Origin: a virus
Taxonomy: Duplodnaviria; Caudoviricetes
DNA length: 29,755 nt
Virus record (IMG/VR): IMGVR_UViG_3300030376_003411
Location: 1-29,755 of that record
Strand: one strand, 5' to 3'
Below the pieces are notes generated by a model. The model ran no database searches. It saw only the letters and a program-made list of their open reading frames with translations, and had not been told where the DNA came from. The translations under genes were made by a program, and so were the position numbers. Positions 19,206-27,130 of the stretch are shown piece by piece (the first letter of the stretch is position 1; every line of letters starts with the position of its first letter).

Positions 19206-19334
19206 ATGGAAAAACAAATCAAAGCATTAGAAAGATTGCATGATGAATATAGGAAGGATAATAAAAAGAAAAAGGAAATAACTGAAGAAGAGTGGATACG
19301 TCTCCAAAGAACTGGGGGCGGTGCCGAAAATTAA
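19206..19334 (+). CDS. 42-aa charged peptide (not in ORF track)
   Basis: MEKQIKALERLHDEYRKDNKKKKEITEEEWIRLQRTGGGAEN. SD-like AAAGGTGA at 19195-19202, late promoter upstream, stop coupled to the next start (TAATG, 19332-19336). Confidence 0.7.
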   Translation: MEKQIKALERLHDEYRKDNKKKKEITEEEWIRLQRTGGGAEN

Positions 19335-19630
19335 TGTTCACAATACACTCTACTTATTGTTGGTATAGTGATTGGCTTAATGAGCATGAAAGAATTGTTC
19401 TAATGTATTCTATTAATGGTATTCCATTCACCTTTGATGAATTAGAAGATCTTCAGAAAACAGAAGATGATCTTTCAATGATTAAAATGATTGCTGATTA
19501 TGAACAAAAATATAATACTGAGGATTTGTATAATAAGTATGCTTATTTAATGCAAGAAGAATTGCATCCTTTACTTTTTAATTTGGAACTAGAAAATCCA
19601 GAAGATTTGCCTGATATTGTAGATATCTAA
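19334..19630 (+). CDS. Small acidic hypothetical protein (98 aa)
   Basis: MFTIHSTYCWY...MYSINGIPFTFDEL...YLMQEELHPLLF. The ATG in the TAATG overlap is preferred over the track's GTG at 19292. Confidence 0.75.
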   Translation: MFTIHSTYCWYSDWLNEHERIVLMYSINGIPFTFDELEDLQKTEDDLSMIKMIADYEQKYNTEDLYNKYAYLMQEELHPLLFNLELENPEDLPDIVDI

Positions 19631-19634
19631 GCTA

Positions 19635-19642
19635 ACTAAATA
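19635..19642 (+). promoter_or_regulatory. T4-type late promoter variant (ACTAAATA)
   Basis: CTAAATA core in the intergenic gap, 33 nt upstream of the ATG at 19676. Confidence 0.6.
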
Positions 19643-19675
19643 AGATATAGTAATAATTTTAGTAGTCATAATCTC

Positions 19676-22600
19676 ATGCCTCTGAATAAATTAGATAATT
19701 TCATAAAGAATACAGAAGGTCGTATTCTTTATGTGAGTCCAAGCGATTTAGACTCAACCGATAGTATCAGTAATGAAGGTAATTCTCTTGCTAGACCGTT
19801 TAAAACTCTTCAGAGAGCTTTAATTGAGTCTGCGAGATTTTCTTATGTTAAGGGAAGAAGTAATGATATTGTAGAGAAGACCACAATACTTTTAATGCCT
19901 GGTGAGCATTATATTGATAATAGACCAGGATATAGAATTTATAATTCTGGTGGTGCTAAGGTAAGACCAGCAGGTGGAGGTACAGAGACTAATGCTACTT
20001 CGACATTAAATTTAGATTTAAATACAAATTTTGATTTAAATCAGGAAAATAATATTCTTTATAAGTTTAATAGTGTTCATGGTGGAACAATAGTTCCTAG
20101 AGGAGTATCTATTGTTGGATTAGACTTAAGAAAGACTAAGATACGTCCAAAATATGTACCAAATCCATTGGATAGTAGTATAGACCCATCTTCTATCTTT
20201 AAAATAACTGGTTCATGCTATTTCTGGCAGTTCTCTATTTTTGATGGAGATGATTCTCAATTAGTTTATATTGATTCTAGTGATTTTAGTTCTGGAAAAC
20301 AGGCAGCACCAACATTCTCTCACCATAAATTAACAGTATTTGAATATGCTGATGGAGTTAATAATGTAAGTCTTGGTTCAGATAATTATGATATTACTGA
20401 TTTGGATATGTATTATGCTAAATTGAGTAATGCATATAATCAAAGTTCTGGTAGAGAAATACAAACAGGGGAGAAATATCCTGCAAATCCTCTTGCATTC
20501 GAACCACAAAGACCTGAGTATGAGATTGTAGGTGCTTTTGCTCCTGATCCTATTACACTTCAATCAGGATCAACATTCCCTACAACTGGAATACAAGCTG
20601 GAAATGCCTCTGGTGTTACATCTGTTGTCACGGTTAGAACTTCTAAAGCACATAATTTTCAAGTTGGAACCCCAATTAAGATAAGAGGAGTTGTTCCATC
20701 AAATTATAATATTTCGGCAATAGTCACATATGTGAGTGATAGTGATGATAAGATATTTACTTATTCATTACCTAATCCTCCATTAAATTTGGATCCAGGT
20801 AATACTTCGGCAGCAACGGTAACAGTTGAAACTGATACTGTATCTGGTGCATCACCTTATATCTTTAACTGTTCCATGCGTTCGGTTTATGGTATGAATG
20901 GACTGAAAGCTGATGGAGATAATGCAACTGGATTTAAATCCATGGTTGTTGCTCAGTTCACTGGTGTTTCACTACAGAAAGATGATAGAGCATTTGTAAA
21001 ATATGATAAGAAATCAAGAAGTTATAGTGGAATTATATTACCATCTTCTGTTACTCCTGCAGAACTTTCTAGTGGATCCTCATCTACAGCTACTGGTCAG
21101 GGATATCATTTAGATTCTGAGGCAGTTTATAGACAAGGATGGGAAACTACACATATTAATATCTTAAACGATGGTATATTGCAGATAGTTTCTGTGTTTG
21201 CTATTGGATATGCGAAACATTTTTCTGCATCATCTGGTTCTGATGCTTCTATTACAAACTCTAACTCTAACTTTGGACAATTATCTCTAATATCTGATGG
21301 ATTTAAGAGAGAAGCATTTGATAAAGATAATAAGGCATGGATTACTTCTATTATACCTCCTAGAAGTATAGAATCTAGTGAAGATATAATTGATTGGATT
21401 GCAATTGATAAGACTAAGACTCTTGCAGTTGGTGTCAATACCAAATTATATCTTTCTGAATACAAACTACTAGATATTGTTCCACCTGTTCTTACTCAAG
21501 GATATCGGGTTGGTGCAAAAGTTGGTGACAAATTATATGTGACTATTGGTGGTAATGAAAAAGAGGCAGGAATATTAACTCCCAATGGAAGTAGTTCTTT
21601 TACTGAGTATTCAGTTGTAACTCCTCCTACTGCATCATCAAATAGTATAGGATTTACTAGTCTTAGCCTTGGTGTAAGTGATTTACCGACAGCAGAAAAG
21701 GTTATTGTTGTAAGTGAAACTGGAGATTTACCAGAGAATATTGAGGTAGATAAAGTTTATTATGCTATTAATAATGGAGATGATACATCAATTAAATTAG
21801 CATCATCTGAAGCAAATGCTCTTTCAGGGTCGGAAATATCTATTTCTGGTGGAACAGGTCTTAAAGTTCTCAGTAGAGTTTCTGATAAAGTATCAGGTGA
21901 TATTGGACATCCTGTTCAGTACGATACTGTTAATAATCAATGGTATGTTACTACTGAATATGTCAGTGGTGGAATTTATGATAATCTTTCAAGTGTTGTA
22001 GGAGATGAAACTGATCCCACTTACATAAAGAGATTTGAAGATACTAGAAGTTTAGATGAGAAAATTTATAAACTTAGAGTTGTAATACCACAGGAATTAG
22101 GAACTGCAAAGAATCCTGAGAATGGATTTATTATTCAACCTTCTAGTTCTACAGGTGCGAGAAGTAATGCAGATTTCACTCTTTCGAGTACTTTATCTAA
22201 AAATGATTATGATTTTGAGAAGAATCCAGGATTTATTGCTACTTGTACATCACCATCCACAACTGGTATTGCATCTGTAACTACAGAACTACCTCATAAA
22301 TTAAATGTAGGTGATACTGTTAAGATCTTAAATGTAACTGATAGTGTTAATATTACTGGTGCAGCTAATACTGGTTACAATGGAAGTTTCTCTGTAACGA
22401 CAGTTCATAATGATATGCAATTTGCATATCAACCATCTAAGACTCATGGAACATCTTCCACGAATATTACTTCAAATAGAACAGTATCTTTACCTAGATT
22501 TGATATAAATGATGTACAATCTAACTTGTATGTTTATAGAAATGAAGTAATCTCAACTTATATTGAGAATGAGCAAGATGGTGTATATCACATCTATGCA

Positions 22601-25243
22601 CTAGCAGCTGATAATAAGATTCCTGAGGAATTTGATAATTATAAGTATAGTCAAAATGTAGTTGATTTATATCCTCAATTAGATAGAGATAATGTAAATT
22701 CTAATCCAAAGTCTTCTAAATCTTTTGCAAAGAGATCTCCTTTAGGTGAAGTTGTTACTAATGAACTTAAAAAGAGTATAACAAAAGAATCTACTGATAA
22801 ATTTAGTAATAATTTTGGTATTGGTGTAACATTAACCACAGTGAGTGATGGTGGAACAAATGCCACTCTTACTTTTGCTGCTAGACATGGTTATGCTGGT
22901 ATCAATACTGGTTATATATCCAATGGTGGTGATGAATATAGAGATGGAACTTGGTATAATATAAAATTACTTAATGGTTCGACCAGTGGTGTTTGGCAAG
23001 GTGCCACAGCAAAAGTTGGAATTGCTGGTAGTGCAATTAGCAGTGCCGAAATTATGTCTCATGGTTCTGGATATACTGCTAGTGCTTTATATTTTGATCC
23101 AACAGTTATTTCTGGTAATGGTGCTGGTAGATTTACGATTGTTTCGAGTGGTATTTCTTCTGCAATCGGTAATGTAATCCAATTAACTGGTGTTGGAACA
23201 ACTGATGATGGATATCATAGAGTAACTGGTATCACTGATGATACTATTATTTCTATAGCAAAGACAGCAGGTGATCCTACTCCTGTTGTTAATCAGTATG
23301 CTTATGGAACTGGACCTTCTGTTGCAGTTGCATCTACATCATATTCATTAATATCTGCTGATTCTACCAGTGGAATAACCACATTTACTACAGATAGTGC
23401 TCATGGATTGGTAGCAGGTAATAGTTTTAGATTACTTGATGCTAGTAATAATAATCTTGGTGATTATATTGTAGAATCAAAAACAAGTGTTAGTGAATTT
23501 ACTGCTCTTACTGGAACAAATGGTGCTGTTGGTATAGCAACCTATATTCTTAAACATGGACTTGGATCAAACTCTAAAACATCCGATAGATCTAATGAGA
23601 ATTTGGCAGCAAGGGGAGTTCCTATATTTGATAATGAATATACTACTTTAGGTGCAACACTCTCACCTGGTTCTAGTACAATTCAGGTTAATGCAACAAG
23701 TGGAATAGGAACTGGTATGTTCCCATATGGTTCTTATCTTCAGGTTGATAATGAAATCATGAGAGTTGCTTCACCTACTCTTACTGGAGCAAATCAAATT
23801 ACAGTTATTAGAGGTTCATTAGCAACTGGTATTAATACACATGATAGTGGTTCTTTGGTTAAGGCAATTAAACCAATTCCAGTTGAGTTTAGAAGACCAT
23901 CTATCCTGAGAGCATCTGGTCATACATTTGAGTATCTTGGTTATGGACCAGGAAATTACTCAACTGCACTTCCACAAGTTCAGGACAGAACTCTTACTGA
24001 AAGAGAAGATTTCCTTGTTCAGTCACAAGAAAAAGCAGGTGGTATTGTTGTCTATACTGGTATGAACAGTAAAGGTGACTTCTATATTGGAAACCAGAAG
24101 AAGTCATCTGCAACAGGTGAAGAGACAACATTCGATACTCCAATTCCAACCGTAACTGGTGAAGATCCTGCGAGATTAAGTGCAGTATTTGATGAAGTAA
24201 CTATTAAAGAAAGAATAGTTGTTGAGGGTGGTGATTCTCGTCAAATATTATCACAATTTGATGGGCCAGTAACCTTTAATAACACTGCGAGATTTAATTC
24301 AGGGTTCTCACTAAATGGTCAACTGAAAATTCTTGATAATCAACAGTCAACTTCAACTACCAGTGGTGCGGTGGTTGTGACTGGTGGTGTTGGTGTTGGT
24401 AAGAGTATGCACGTTGGTGGAGATATTAAAACATCTGGATATTATCAGGGTAATGGTAAATATATAACAGGTATTGGAACAGTCACTTTAACTAATAATG
24501 CAGATAATAGAATCATCACTGGTTCTGATACTAATTTGTATTTAAATGGTGAATCAAACTTAACTTTTGATGGAACTAATCTAGATCTTCCTAATGATAA
24601 AAAGATAAGATTAGGTACTACTCAAGCTTTACAAATTTATAATGATGGATCTCAAAGTTGGATTACAAATAGTGCTGATAATTTGTATATAAAGGTAGCA
24701 GACGGTAAAACAGACGGTATGATCCGTCTTTTGGCAGATGATGATGCCAATATGATTGAATGTAATACTGGTGGAAACGTAGAGCTATATTATGACGGGA
24801 GTAAGAAGCTAGAAACTACGACTAATGGCATAACAATTCAAGGTGAAGGTAGATTTGTAGGTGGAGATGTGATTGCCTTTGCATCCTCTGATAAGAGGTT
24901 AAAGGATAATATCTCACCAATTAAACAAGCACTAGATAAAGTCAAATCAATTAGTGGTAATACATTTGATTGGAATGAAGCATCTGGTAAAGAAGGTAGT
25001 GAAGTTGGTGTAATTGCACAAGAGGTAGATGCACTCGGACTTCCTGGTATTACAACTATCAGAGATGATGGAACGTATGCTGTTAGATATGAGAAACTGG
25101 TTCCAGTTCTCATTGAGGCAATTAAAGAATTGTCTGTGAAGGTCGAGACTCTAGAAGCACTGGCACATCCTAAACCAACTGGGAAAACTCAAAAGAGGAA
25201 TGAGGATAGATTAGATGCTCTTGAAAATAAGATAAATAACTAA
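19676..25243 (+). CDS. Very large tail fibre/spike with interrupted beta-helix scaffold and C-terminal S74 chaperone (1855 aa)
   Basis: ILYVSP...GNSLARPFKTLQRAL beta-helix entry; several inserted beta domains (e.g. T..AHNFQVG, TELPHKLNVGD, TDSAHGLVAG); motifs shared with the 1126-aa protein; S74 signature SDKRLKDNI...GVIAQEV...YEKLVPVLIEAIKEL from 24887. Confidence 0.85.
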   Translation: MPLNKLDNFIKNTEGRILYVSPSDLDSTDSISNEGNSLARPFKTLQRALIESARFSYVKGRSNDIVEKTTILLMPGEHYIDNRPGYRIYNSGGAKVRPAGGGTETNATSTLNLDLNTNFDLNQENNILYKFNSVHGGTIVPRGVSIVGLDLRKTKIRPKYVPNPLDSSIDPSSIFKITGSCYFWQFSIFDGDDSQLVYIDSSDFSSGKQAAPTFSHHKLTVFEYADGVNNVSLGSDNYDITDLDMYYAKLSNAYNQSSGREIQTGEKYPANPLAFEPQRPEYEIVGAFAPDPITLQSGSTFPTTGIQAGNASGVTSVVTVRTSKAHNFQVGTPIKIRGVVPSNYNISAIVTYVSDSDDKIFTYSLPNPPLNLDPGNTSAATVTVETDTVSGASPYIFNCSMRSVYGMNGLKADGDNATGFKSMVVAQFTGVSLQKDDRAFVKYDKKSRSYSGIILPSSVTPAELSSGSSSTATGQGYHLDSEAVYRQGWETTHINILNDGILQIVSVFAIGYAKHFSASSGSDASITNSNSNFGQLSLISDGFKREAFDKDNKAWITSIIPPRSIESSEDIIDWIAIDKTKTLAVGVNTKLYLSEYKLLDIVPPVLTQGYRVGAKVGDKLYVTIGGNEKEAGILTPNGSSSFTEYSVVTPPTASSNSIGFTSLSLGVSDLPTAEKVIVVSETGDLPENIEVDKVYYAINNGDDTSIKLASSEANALSGSEISISGGTGLKVLSRVSDKVSGDIGHPVQYDTVNNQWYVTTEYVSGGIYDNLSSVVGDETDPTYIKRFEDTRSLDEKIYKLRVVIPQELGTAKNPENGFIIQPSSSTGARSNADFTLSSTLSKNDYDFEKNPGFIATCTSPSTTGIASVTTELPHKLNVGDTVKILNVTDSVNITGAANTGYNGSFSVTTVHNDMQFAYQPSKTHGTSSTNITSNRTVSLPRFDINDVQSNLYVYRNEVISTYIENEQDGVYHIYALAADNKIPEEFDNYKYSQNVVDLYPQLDRDNVNSNPKSSKSFAKRSPLGEVVTNELKKSITKESTDKFSNNFGIGVTLTTVSDGGTNATLTFAARHGYAGINTGYISNGGDEYRDGTWYNIKLLNGSTSGVWQGATAKVGIAGSAISSAEIMSHGSGYTASALYFDPTVISGNGAGRFTIVSSGISSAIGNVIQLTGVGTTDDGYHRVTGITDDTIISIAKTAGDPTPVVNQYAYGTGPSVAVASTSYSLISADSTSGITTFTTDSAHGLVAGNSFRLLDASNNNLGDYIVESKTSVSEFTALTGTNGAVGIATYILKHGLGSNSKTSDRSNENLAARGVPIFDNEYTTLGATLSPGSSTIQVNATSGIGTGMFPYGSYLQVDNEIMRVASPTLTGANQITVIRGSLATGINTHDSGSLVKAIKPIPVEFRRPSILRASGHTFEYLGYGPGNYSTALPQVQDRTLTEREDFLVQSQEKAGGIVVYTGMNSKGDFYIGNQKKSSATGEETTFDTPIPTVTGEDPARLSAVFDEVTIKERIVVEGGDSRQILSQFDGPVTFNNTARFNSGFSLNGQLKILDNQQSTSTTSGAVVVTGGVGVGKSMHVGGDIKTSGYYQGNGKYITGIGTVTLTNNADNRIITGSDTNLYLNGESNLTFDGTNLDLPNDKKIRLGTTQALQIYNDGSQSWITNSADNLYIKVADGKTDGMIRLLADDDANMIECNTGGNVELYYDGSKKLETTTNGITIQGEGRFVGGDVIAFASSDKRLKDNISPIKQALDKVKSISGNTFDWNEASGKEGSEVGVIAQEVDALGLPGITTIRDDGTYAVRYEKLVPVLIEAIKELSVKVETLEALAHPKPTGKTQKRNEDRLDALENKINN
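25231..25238 (+). promoter_or_regulatory. T4-type late promoter (GATAAATA) in last codons of 1855-aa gene
   Basis: NATAAATA box 19 nt upstream of the ATG at 25258. Confidence 0.7.
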
Positions 25244-25257
25244 AAATGTAGCTATCA

Positions 25258-27117
25258 ATGGCAAATTATAATAAGTCATTTAATTTTAAAAATGGTGTAC
25301 AGGTTGATAATGATAACTTTGTTGTTAATTCATCTGGGTTAGTAGGAATAGGAACATCTATTCCAGGTGATTTTTTGGATGTTTATGGGTCTTCGACTTT
25401 ACGTGGGGATGTAACAGTATCAGGGTTAGTTACTACTACTAATTTAACTGCAACTGGAGTTTCTACATTCATAGGAAGTGTAGGAATAGGAACAACTAAT
25501 ATAACTGGTGGGGCATTTGGTAATAACAATACAGTTCTTAATGCTGGTATTGTTACTGCTAATTATTTCTACGGTAATGCCACATATATGACAGGTATTG
25601 TTGGGTTTGCTACAGCAGGATGGAATATTGTTACTCCTGATGGTGGTTCTGCGAATCAAGGAATATCTACCACATCTAAAGTTGGAATAGGAACCACATT
25701 ATCAAGTAACATATATGATCTTCTTATAGGTCAAGATCCTCTTGCTATTGGATCTCCACCAGGAATATCATTTGCTGGAAATGGGGGTAATATCAATGCA
25801 ACTGGTGTTGTGACTGCAACTACAGGATTTGTTGGTGTAGGATCACTTATTACTTCATTAGATGTTGATAATGTTGGTTATGGAACTATTAGTAATGATT
25901 ATCTTCCTGTTCTTGATAATGATAGATTACCTACTACCGTTGATCTAGGTGCAACAGGAACATTTAATTCAGAAACTATTACTGGAGCTGGAATAAGTAT
26001 AACTGGAATTGCTACTGCATCTAGTGGTTTTGTTGGTAATTTGACAGGTGATGTTGTTGGTATTGCTACAACGGCACGAGATTTAACATCCGATGCTACT
26101 GTAACTATAACAAGTATTGATTCTGCTACTATCGTAGGTTCAGCAGCTAGTGTTGGTACGAGTATAGGTGTTGGAACTGCTACTCCTGTTGGAGATATTC
26201 ATGTAAGAAAAGCAGAAAATGCAGATATACAAGTAACAAGTATTGATAAGACTGCCATAGTTGCAGTTGGTAGAAGCACTCTACTTAATGGGTATAATGG
26301 ACAATTTAGATTTGGACATACCACAGGTAGTGGTAAGTACAGTGATAAAGATTCATTAGATATTATTAATTATGGACCTGGTAATTTTAATTTCATTGGA
26401 AATGCAACTTTAGTCAGTGGATCTCCTAAGATGACATGGGGATTTGGTGAAGCATCAGCTGCTGATCTAACTCTTACACATGATGGCAAGTTTGGTATTG
26501 GTACTACAGAACCAATTAATCCTTTACATGTTGTTGGTATTTCTACTTTCGAGACAATTTATGCAACATCTTTTAATACTTCATCAGCTAATATTGGTCT
26601 AGTAACTTTAACAAGTGGAAAAGTTACGGCATCTGAGTTTGTGAGTGGCAATGTCACTAAAGTTGGTGGAACTATTATACTTGACACTGGACTTAGTGGA
26701 ACGGGTGCTACTGATGCGAGAATAAATGCAAATAGTTATAACACTGTTGGTGTTTCTACCTTCAATAGTATAGACATAAATCCATCAAGTTCTGGTAGTA
26801 TCGGAATTGGAACAGCAGCTGATCCTGATAATAATGTACTTAGAACGGGTAAGAATTTTGAAATAAATACTAGTGGTTGGTTGGGAGTAGGAGTTACTGC
26901 TGGCCCACAAATGGGAATGGATTTTAGTGCTGTAGGAATAGCAACTGAAAGTAGAGGAATACTTCTTCCTAATATAACAACAGCTCATAGAGATGCTGCT
27001 TCAGGTGGTATTACTACTACTGCATTGCCAGGAACATTGATATATAATTCCACTACTAATCTACTTAATTTTTGGAATGGAAGTGCTTGGTTAGGAATAG
27101 CAACAGTAGCAGCATAA
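25258..27117 (+). CDS. Tail fibre protein, probable distal subunit (619 aa)
   Basis: Many VGIGT and GVSTF/GIAT motifs. C-terminal LPNITTAHRDA...GTLIYNSTTNLLNFWNGSAW module typical of fibre ends. Lies directly before the adhesin-like gene. Confidence 0.75.
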   Translation: MANYNKSFNFKNGVQVDNDNFVVNSSGLVGIGTSIPGDFLDVYGSSTLRGDVTVSGLVTTTNLTATGVSTFIGSVGIGTTNITGGAFGNNNTVLNAGIVTANYFYGNATYMTGIVGFATAGWNIVTPDGGSANQGISTTSKVGIGTTLSSNIYDLLIGQDPLAIGSPPGISFAGNGGNINATGVVTATTGFVGVGSLITSLDVDNVGYGTISNDYLPVLDNDRLPTTVDLGATGTFNSETITGAGISITGIATASSGFVGNLTGDVVGIATTARDLTSDATVTITSIDSATIVGSAASVGTSIGVGTATPVGDIHVRKAENADIQVTSIDKTAIVAVGRSTLLNGYNGQFRFGHTTGSGKYSDKDSLDIINYGPGNFNFIGNATLVSGSPKMTWGFGEASAADLTLTHDGKFGIGTTEPINPLHVVGISTFETIYATSFNTSSANIGLVTLTSGKVTASEFVSGNVTKVGGTIILDTGLSGTGATDARINANSYNTVGVSTFNSIDINPSSSGSIGIGTAADPDNNVLRTGKNFEINTSGWLGVGVTAGPQMGMDFSAVGIATESRGILLPNITTAHRDAASGGITTTALPGTLIYNSTTNLLNFWNGSAWLGIATVAA

Positions 27118-27122
27118 GGAGG
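27115..27122 (+). promoter_or_regulatory. Strong Shine-Dalgarno (TAAGGAGG)
   Basis: Full anti-SD complement overlapping the upstream stop, 8 nt before the ATG at 27131. Most other genes here lack an obvious SD. Confidence 0.8.
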
Positions 27123-27130
27123 ATTAAACT

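Noticed and set aside
19185-19206. Four-codon ORF MKGD after GGAGGT
   Set aside because: The SD is only 1 nt from the ATG and probably straddles the late TSS. The AGGTGA inside it better serves the ATG at 19206.
19292-19333. GTG start giving a 112-aa protein
   Set aside because: It overlaps the 42-aa ORF; the TAATG-coupled ATG at 19334 fits the pattern used throughout the window.
19275-19334. EITEEEWIRLQRTGG as a double-glycine RiPP (Nif11/ProcA-like) leader
   Set aside because: Spacing is two residues off the ELSxEELxxVxGG pattern, the core would be only four residues, and no modifying enzyme or transporter is nearby.
18660-25150. Possible diversity-generating retroelement TR/VR pair (similar DNA at two fibre 3' ends)
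   Set aside because: Differences are not adenine-specific, include an indel, and both copies are coding S74 domains. No reverse transcriptase is present in the window.
3660-26869. Other NATAAATA/CTAAATA hits inside genes (e.g. 3660, 5165, 8990, 14039, 26862)
   Set aside because: Expected by chance in AT-rich coding DNA and far from start codons. They cannot be supported without TSS data.
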